From contig OX597826.1 of assembly GCA_951406725.2 (NCBI GenBank), positions 15,128,001 to 15,192,000 of the forward strand: 64,000 nucleotides of DNA, given 5' to 3'. Below, in pieces: positions 56,085 through 64,000 of the stretch; positions within the stretch are counted from its first letter, which is position 1, and each line of letters begins with the position of its first letter. Origin of the DNA: Octopus vulgaris. Lineage: Eukaryota. Position numbers and translations under genes: made by a program. Under the pieces are notes generated by a model. The model was not told where the DNA came from, made no database searches, and was given only the letters and a program-made list of their open reading frames with translations.

Positions 56085-56526
56085 TACTCTAGGAACAAGG
56101 CCAAAAATTTTTGAGGAGGGGGCCAGTCGATTAGATCGACTCCAGTACGCAACTGGTACTTAATTTATAGACCACGAAAAGATGAAAGCAAAGTTGACCT
56201 AGGCGGAATTTGAACTCAGAACGTAACGGCAGACAAAATACCTGTTTCTTTACTACCCACAAGGGGCTAAACACAGAGGGGAGAAACAAGGACAGACAAA
56301 CGGATTAAGTCGATTATATCGACCCAGTGCGTAATCGATCCTATATCCATTTTGAGTTAACTTTTGGGGAGGATTGTGAACCAGTGGTGGGTGGACGAAC
56401 AAAAAGACCCCGAAAGGATGAAAGGCAAAGTCGACCTCGGCAGAATTTGAACTCAGAACGTAACGGCGGACGAAATACCGCGACACATTTCGCCCGGCGT
56501 GCTAACGTTTCTGCCAGCTCGCCGCT
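56085..56526 (-). mobile_element. SINE family B dimer with a 75-bp foreign insert
   Basis: Two family B bodies joined at aaatacctgtttctttact; the insert at 56332-56406 matches 55114-55189. Confidence 0.85.
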
Positions 56527-57002
56527 TGCTAAAATATTAAATAAATGATTTTACCTATGGTATTGAAAAATCACATAGTTACGAGGCGTCGTTCTCAACC
56601 ATACAACTACATCCAGGCTATATCAAATGATATATTAAATGATATTAAGTGATATATAACTACATATCGATACATAGTCAAAGCCAGATGAAAGCTCACA
56701 GGAACATTATTTTGGGTTCAATTACGCTGAGCAGTATCCTGAGTAAGTCTCCTCTGCGAGGAAACTTATGATGGATAATGCTTGTCATCCATGACCTCTT
56801 GACGACCACTCTTGTTGATTATGACCACGTAACTTAGCGATGTGGCATAAGGGACTGATAGAATAAGTACCAAGATTAAAAGAAAGTTCTAGGGTCGAAT
56901 TTTCTTCTAAAAAATTTCAAAGCAGTAAGAGGTGGCGGATTGTAAGGAGTTCGTTTCCCAACCACATGGTTCCAGACTCAGTCCTACTACATTGCATCTA
57001 AC

Positions 57003-58445
57003 ACCATTTTTAAACAAAGGTATTATGCACTTTCAAACTCGTTTAAATATAAAAAGAATAGCATTTCCACACCACTAACCAGCCACGCATGCCATCTACT
57101 TAATAGAAAAATACAGCATAAACTTTCCCGGGGTATAATAGACTCGAGTATGCCATATCAGGGCCAACAGTCCAGTTGTGAACTCTGCTTAAATGAAGCC
57201 CTCAAAAGTTTAACCAACACAATTGCTTGATAGATGCAACGAGGTTTTCGCTACGTGTAAGTACAAATTCTTCTGCACTTTTAAATACTTTCATAAATCT
57301 AAATATAAGCTCACCCCCACGAATAGCACCCACATACAAACCCCTATGATCATTAACTCATACCCATGTATTTATTTTCTCTTATTTCCACCTTATATCT
57401 TACATCTCTCCTATCTACCTAACCTCATCACTTTATGAGATAAATATTAATCCTATTATTTATCCAATAAATCCCCTAATATAAATCCCCTAATAACCTA
57501 CTCTAACTGCCACTCATAAATAATTTAACATTCAACTAGTTCCTCTATTCTCGACCACCTATATACCCATAACTCCATTGCAAAAAACAATTCTACCGCC
57601 ACTGATCTTAGCCAGAGCGGACACAAGTAGTTACTACTAGATTTCCTCCCCAATCTCTCAAAACTTTAAGACTACCAAATACACCTACCACTGTCTCTAA
57701 ATTCCTTTTATTTTACTCTATTTTTTAATCCTATCTTCCTCTACCTCTCTTCATCCTCTCTTTTATCTTCTCGGCTACCCCGTACACAATTCTTAGATAC
57801 CATACACCTATACACCTTACTTTATTATATAGCCAATCCTTAAAGCACCTTCCTCACTATACCTACCTCTCTATCTACCTCTCTTTCTATTTATTTCCTT
57901 TCTTTAATTTTACTACTTATTAGCCACCAACGCTACCATTCTGTTATTGGACATTAATATATTCGCCTCTTTTTTTTTATCAGAATTTTAACCGACCTGG
58001 GTCTACTCAGAATTGCACCCAAGGAATTATACTGTTGTTTCTATAACGTCGGTAAGTCGAACTATGAACTTTCATGCTTCTTTTTTCCTTCTTTCTTTCC
58101 ATCTCCTTATTCGTTTGCTCCCTTCCTCTATGTCATCATCTCATTAATATATACCATTCTCATTTTCCCTATTTGTCTCTGATGACGGACTATCCCACTC
58201 TCAGGGATATCCCAGAAACAGCGGTAAGACTTTGAATTTTTTCCTATAATAATATTGTATACGATGTTTGCCCTGCCTTAATATTTGCTGTCCTCTTTAA
58301 CTATTAAATATCCGATGCATCGGAAATCGGCAACGGCTCCATAACTACCGTTTCGGCTATAACCTTGGAGCCCTAGTAATCCATTGCAGCACTTACCTGA
58401 CGTACCTAATCGTTTAGATCACCTGTGAACTAAGCCCCCATACTT
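57003..58445 (+). mobile_element. 3' fragment of a second PLE lineage (Naiad-like GIY-YIG C-terminus, long 3' UTR, HHR)
   Basis: FKQRYYALSNSFKYKKNSISTPLTSHACHLLNRKIQHKLSRGIIDSSMPYQGQQSSCELCLNEAL / LLDRCNEVFATCKYK fits the FKxR..H..SF...T.LS..W...CxLC..E...LN.R.E...C.H pattern; HHR at 58175; ends at (TA)n. Confidence 0.75.
58175..58230 (+). ncRNA. Type I hammerhead ribozyme motif in a PLE 3' region
   Basis: gtct CTGATGA cggactatccc-actctca-gggatatccca GAAA cagcgg TA agac: stem I gtct/agac, long stem II, 1-bp stem III, GUA triplet. Confidence 0.88.
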
Positions 58446-58484
<39 letters not shown>

Positions 58485-58599
58485 ATACATATATATATAT
58501 AAACATACATATATACTAACATGCATATGCATACACGCAAATAAATATGCAACCATACATACGTGCATTGGAATTAATAACATTTTCAGCTGATATAGG

Positions 58600-59219
58600 C
58601 ATAGAATTTGGCCAAAAGAAATGTTCATATTTGGTTATAGAACGAGGAAAGTCAGGCCCCACAAACCTAAAACCTGTGCATCAACGGTCACTCTATCTCA
58701 CCCATTGAACACAAAGAATGTTACAAGTGTATTGGCATAGTTGAAAATGTATCATATGAAGGCACTGTGAATAAAGATAGAGTGACTCAAGAATACTACA
58801 CCAGACTTAGGAAAATATGGCTGTCGGAATGCATTTGTAAACCCAGTGCTGATCCCAACATTAGCGATGCTTGATTGGTCCGTAGAGGAGATCCACTCCA
58901 TAGATATCAAATCCGGCAAAAACCTGACAACAATTGGGGACTTCCACAGAATCAGTGATGTTAAGAAGAAATGAAGATGGCAGAGGCCTGAAATCAGTGC
59001 CGACGGCTTCCAATGCCCCATGGTATCATTCAGGCAGTATTTTGATCAATAACAGCAGCAAAAATATATTAATGCAGTGCTGAAAAGTGAAGTGAGCGAC
59101 ATAGTACGAGTGAGCAGTAATTCCGTCAAGAAACCTTCTCTTCCTGATGATTGATACAGCCCCAAAACAACTGGGCTCTCTTACATCAGAGAAGAACTAG
59201 ATGGAAAGGACTCAGCATA

Positions 59220-59261
<42 letters not shown>

Positions 59262-59686
59262 GACCATGCATGGGTATGCTGCCCAGAAGCTTGAAGAAGA
59301 CAGTAGAATTGACGCGAAGCGCAGCCTCTCTTGGACAAAGAAAAAGAGGATATCTATGGACAACTGCTTCGTAGCCTCTATCTTATAAGTCCAGAATATG
59401 AATTCATATTCATACCAATAATAATTGGAGCACTAGGTTTTGATAGTGTATGCTTAAATGAGAATCTGGATAAACTGGGATTTTCAGAAAAGGAAATGGA
59501 CCGGCTTGTTCGTACATTACGAGTGCAATCTGTGAGTGGAACAATAAAAATATGGAAGACTTTTCTCAAGTTCCAAATGCGAATTTGGCTCTGTTAACTA
59601 CATCCCAAAGATGGAGACTTGTATCTTTGTTGGAAACCGTCTCCCTTCTCAGTACGAGATTTATAATAATGAAAAAATTGAAGAAA
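58600..59686 (+). mobile_element. R4/Dong-like non-LTR retrotransposon, internally deleted
   Basis: ECYKCIGIVENVSYEGTVNKDRVTQEYYTRLRKIWLSE / NAFVNPVLIPTLAMLDWSVEEIHSIDIKSGKNLT (RT end and thumb) and KEDIYGQLLRSL..FIPIIIGALG..LDKLGF (RLE C-terminus); ends at (TACA)n. Confidence 0.8.
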
Positions 59687-59968
59687 CATACATACATACA
59701 TACATACATACATGCATACATACATACATACTTACATACATACATGCTATATTTATGCAGATAAATATAGCATGTTTATTTTTTGTTATCGACAAACAAA
59801 AATAAATCCATATTTTCGTAAACTATTGCAAATAAGTGCGCACACATATACATGCATACATATATTTAGATGTATTTATAGTGGCATTTAAATAAATATC
59901 ATTTTTCACCGGTTGCATACTTGTAGCTACACACTTTCACACTATTTTAGACATATATAAATACCTTC

Positions 59969-60016
<48 letters not shown>

Positions 60017-60168
60017 TAAAATACACAAACTGTTTGTGCAAATACAGAAATGAATATTTTCAGTCATATATTACCAAGACACATATTTCGTATACATTTA
60101 TATAAACACACATACATACAGGCGTTTTTTATACTGTTACGCACATAAATACACACACACACACACAC

Positions 60169-60202
<34 letters not shown>

Positions 60203-60544
60203 GTGCATATGTGTTACATACAGTTATATTTGGGTCAACACCCGTACAAGTACATATTTCCTCATTCAGAGGAAATATGTACCTCGCGTACATATATGTG
60301 CACATGTGTCTACAAGAAAATGTATACATACATGCACGCATACATACATACATACATACATACATACATACATACATACATACATACATACATACATACA
60401 TACACTCATATATACACACATACATACATACACACATACATACATACAATGTCCATACGTGTTACACACATTTACATTTGGATCAATTTACAAGTAAATA
60501 TTTTCTTCATTTAGAATTGATTTTGTATCCATGCATGTGTGTGT

Positions 60545-60575
<31 letters not shown>

Positions 60576-60754
60576 AGTGTGTGTTCAAGAGCTTTTGTAA
60601 TTGATTACCTGTTCGTATGTGTGTAATGGTGAAAACTGGATGTGATATTGTTTAGGAGGACACTAAGCAAATAATGCGAACAGAGAAAAGGAGAACTCTA
60701 CATTAACGTACATATAGTGAAAGTATGTCAGTGTTTAGATATATAAGAGTATCC

Positions 60755-61127
60755 TGTGGAGGCGCAATGGCCCAGCGGTCGTAGGATCGCGGTTTCGATT
60801 CCCAGACCGGGCGTTGTGAGTGTTTATTGAGTGAAAACACCTAAAGCTCCACGAGGCTCCGGCAGGGGATGGTGGTGATCCCTGCTGTACTCTTTCACCA
60901 TAACTTTCTCCCACTCTTACTTCCTGTTTCTGTTGTACCTGTATTTCAAGGGGCCGGCCTTGTCACTCTCTGTGTCACGCTGAATATCCCCGAGAACTAC
61001 GTTAAGGGTACACGTGTCTGTGGAGTGCTCAGCCACTTACACGTTAATTTCACGAGCAGGCTGTTCCGTTGATTCGGATCAACCGGAACCCTCATCGTCA
61101 TAACCGACGGAGTGCTTCCATCCATCC
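60755..61127 (+). mobile_element. tRNA-derived SINE family C with a perfect 14-bp TSD
   Basis: A-box tggcccagcgg, B-box ggtttcgattcc, (TCCA)n tail; TSD atataagagtatcc at 60741-60754 and 61128-61141. Confidence 0.92.
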
Positions 61128-61689
61128 ATATAAGAGTATCCAATGTTTTTTTTTTTTTATCTCACTGTGAAATCAGACCCAGCATAGCATTTTAAGCGGC
61201 TTGGCAAGAGTTTGGAAACTATCGGCTTCATTTTTGCAAATGAATTCATCGAGATCCACTCACTTCTTCCGAACAAATTGCCAAAGATAATTGCTACAGC
61301 GGGTAACTTAACGTATACAGAGACCTAACAGTTTGGATTTGTAAGGATATTGACATACGCACTCATGTAACGTGATTTCAGCGAACGTTTTCATGGAGTT
61401 TTCGATATGGTATTCGTTGGTCGGATGTCTGTTGCTGATGAGGTGCAAATTACACTGAAAACCCATCTGTCAGAGTGGAGGAAATTTTGTTTAACGATAT
61501 AATTTACGCCTTTTTTAAAAATCACTTAACGCCTTTATGAAATGATTTCTCAGGACATTTGCTGCTGGCCTAGGTGTTTAAAACAACAATCTGCTCGTCT
61601 ACGTTAAGTTGGATGTGCACATTAATATTCTCTACAAAGGCGGTTTCCATCGCTAATACCACACACACACGCACACACACACACACCTA

Positions 61690-61900
61690 CTCTTACTCTT
61701 ACTTGTTTCAGTCATTTGACTGTGGTTATTCTGGGGCACCGCTTTTAGTCGAAGAAATCGACCCCAGTACTTATTCTTTGTAAGCCTAGTACTTATTCTA
61801 TCGGTCTCTTTTGCCGAACCGCTAAGTTACGGGGGACGTACACACACCAGCATCGGTTGTCAAGCGATGTTGGGGGACAAACACAGACACACAAGCATAC
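61690..61900 (-). mobile_element. SINE family A, 3' half (its 5' half is at 62958-63123)
   Basis: ttacttgtttcagtcatttgactg...catcggttgtcaagcgatgttgggggacaaacacagac. Confidence 0.88.
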
Positions 61901-61937
61901 ACGCACACACACACACACACATACATATATATATACA

Positions 61938-62163
61938 TTTCTTTACTACCCACAAGGAGCTAAACATAGAGGGGACAAAGAAGGACAGACAAAGGGATTA
62001 AGTCGATTACATCGACCCAGTGCGAAACTGGTACTTTATTTATCGACACCGAGAGGATGAAAGGCAAAGTCGACTTCGGCGGAATTTGAACTCAGAACGC
62101 AACGACAGACGAAATACCGGTAAGCATTTCGCACGGCGTGCTAACGTTTCTGCCAGCTTGCCT
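61938..62163 (-). mobile_element. SINE family B nested in the microsatellite of a family A SINE
   Basis: Full family B copy between (CA/TA)n tracts. Confidence 0.88.
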
Positions 62164-62256
<93 letters not shown>

Positions 62257-62396
62257 CAATAAAGATTCAAGTTAATTTAAATGAATTTACTTGAATATGG
62301 TACCTAACTTAGATGCATCAAAAAACTATACGGTTTTAACAATACAGTAATGTGGGGTGATTATAAGCGAGAAAGAAGCAACAAGAATGGATAGGT

Positions 62397-62487
62397 TTTT
62401 AGTACAATCGTTTCATACAAGGACAGGCTTTATTAAAAGTTACAAAAATTGCAGCATATAAACGTATCCCGTACTCATCAGCTAAAA
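62397..62487 (-). ncRNA. Type I hammerhead ribozyme motif (left arm)
   Basis: ttttag CTGATGA gtacgggata...tgtccttgtat GAAA cgattg TA ctaaaa. Confidence 0.85.
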
Positions 62488-62791
62488 TACATGTGAGTTC
62501 TCTAGACATCCTAGTGGTTGAGGCTATACTCATGAAGTAATGTAGATAATTAAGTAACATAAACAGATTTCCAAAGTTCATTAAAGTTCTTTAAAGATGA
62601 TGTACAGTATTATCACGTAGAATTTTAAAAGTTTTAATAGCATCACAGAGAAGGTGACTTAATCCATAGTGTACATATGAATTTCCAGAGATATGAGGAG
62701 GGATCTGGAAATCTGTTTATGTTACTTAATTATCTACATTACTTCATGAGTATAGCCTCAACCACTAGGATGTCTAGAGAACTCACATGTA

Positions 62792-62882
62792 TTTTAGCTG
62801 ATGAGTACGGGACACGTTTATATGCTGCAATTTTTGCAACTTTTAATAAAGCCTGTCCTTGTATGAAACGATTGTACTAAAA
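62792..62882 (+). ncRNA. Type I hammerhead ribozyme motif (right arm)
   Basis: ttttag CTGATGA gtacgggaca...tgtccttgtat GAAA cgattg TA ctaaaa: 6-bp stem I, extended stem II, GUA triplet. Confidence 0.88.
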
Positions 62883-62912
62883 ACCTATCCATTCTTGTTG
62901 CTTCTTTCTCGC

Positions 62913-62955
<43 letters not shown>

Positions 62956-62957
62956 TA

Positions 62958-63123
62958 TACGACGGGCTTCTTTCAGTTTCCGTCTACCAAACCCACTCAC
63001 AAGGCTTTGGTCGGTTCGAGGCTATAGTATAAGACACTTGCCCAAGGTGCCACGCAATGGGACTGAACCCAGAACCATGTGGATGGTAAACAACCTACTT
63101 ACCACACTGCCATTCCTGCGCCT
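62958..63123 (-). mobile_element. SINE family A, 5' half
   Basis: acgacgggcttctttcagtttccgtctacc...cttaccacactgccattcctgcgcc. Confidence 0.9.
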
Positions 63124-63645
63124 AAAAAATTTCTGTTAAAATTTCTTAAAATAGTATTGATAAAAAAACAAAAAAAAAACACAAGAAATCTATGAAATGC
63201 AATGTGGCAAAAATGTTCAAGTAAAATGAAACAGAAATTTAGCGAAAACACATCAGGTATATAACACTTCCGACAAATGTTTCCGTTTATGAAAAAAAGA
63301 AAAAAAAATGTTTGATTCATTGCGTATTTGCTCAGCAGACTCTAGAACACGCAGTTTGCAGCAAATATTTCGCCCATAAATTTAGTAATAACGGAAAATT
63401 ACAAAAGTCAACTCATTAATATGTAAATGAACTGTATGAAGTTATGTCAGTAACACATTGATCAAACTTGATATGGTGGTTAATTGTGTTTAGCTGTCTG
63501 CTGCTTTTGGGTAAACAATTATTTTCTATGTAATCAAGTAGGCAAAGAATGTAAACTATATTCAAATCTCAAATATGCAAATTAGTCACAAGTTTTCAAA
63601 ATTTCAACTTGCTTACTTTCCTCAACAAATCAGCAATACATTTTA

Positions 63646-63845
63646 AAACGTTAGCACGCCGGGCGAGATGCGTAGCCGTATTTCGTCTGGCGTTACGTTC
63701 CGAGTTCAAATTCCGCCGAGGTCGACTTTGCCTTTCATCCTTTCGGGGTCGATAAATTAAGTACCAGTTACGCACTGGGGTCGATATAATCGACTTTATC
63801 CGTTTGCCTGTCCTTGTTTGTACCCTCTGTGTAGTAAAGAAATAT
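63646..63845 (+). mobile_element. SINE family B
   Basis: aaacgttagcacgccgggcgagatgcg..gagttcaaattccgccgaggtcgac..gtagtaaagaaat. Confidence 0.88.
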
Positions 63846-64000
63846 ATATTTTAATATTTGACGCCATTGTTAGTGTGTGAGTAGTTACTCTTCGTCTCAG
63901 TTCTACAACAATCTTTTCGCAAACATTTCTTTGTTTTTCTGTTGTTGCATAGAAAATTTCCCTGTACCAACCCAAAGTTGATATTTTGTAGATTCAGTAG

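Larger units (their letters stand above)
62250..62912. mobile_element. PLE pLTR-only insertion with a 207-bp inverted repeat; each arm carries a hammerhead ribozyme
   Basis: 62367-62573 is the reverse complement of 62706-62912 with 2 mismatches; 132-bp spacer; 117-bp tail; (TA)n on both sides. Confidence 0.85.

Noticed and set aside
61432-61475. CTGATGA ggtgcaaattacact GAAA...TC hammerhead-like motif
   Set aside because: Core and stem II are present, but stems I and III do not pair; at best a decayed copy.
62399-62880. Two near-identical 60-67 aa ORFs on opposite strands
   Set aside because: A by-product of the inverted repeat; the conserved signal is the RNA motif, and the peptides have no recognisable domain.

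Overview
Repeat-saturated, AT-rich eukaryotic non-coding DNA, most likely from a coleoid cephalopod such as Octopus (inferred from the SINE families and the extreme microsatellite load). No host gene can be called with confidence; there is one candidate isolated exon at 7407-7528 (-). Nearly all ORF-track entries are microsatellite or SINE artefacts. Real coding remnants are a Tigger/pogo transposase fragment, two mariner elements, a young 5'-truncated Tx1/L1-clade LINE, three R4/Dong-like LINE fragments, CR1 and RTE fragments, and two different Penelope-like elements (PLEs) with GIY-YIG endonucleases. Non-autonomous DNA elements include two GG-terminated MITEs with perfect 8-bp TSDs and hAT/Charlie-like MITEs; three tRNA-derived SINE families are also present. 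The most notable signal is about ten type I hammerhead ribozyme (HHR) motifs in PLE-derived termini. These include a 207-bp near-perfect inverted pair, a four-copy minimal HHR family with a non-canonical CUGUWGA core, and repeated fold-back 5' junctions. Different retroelement families also appear to sit in different microsatellite types. All alignments and foldings were done by eye.
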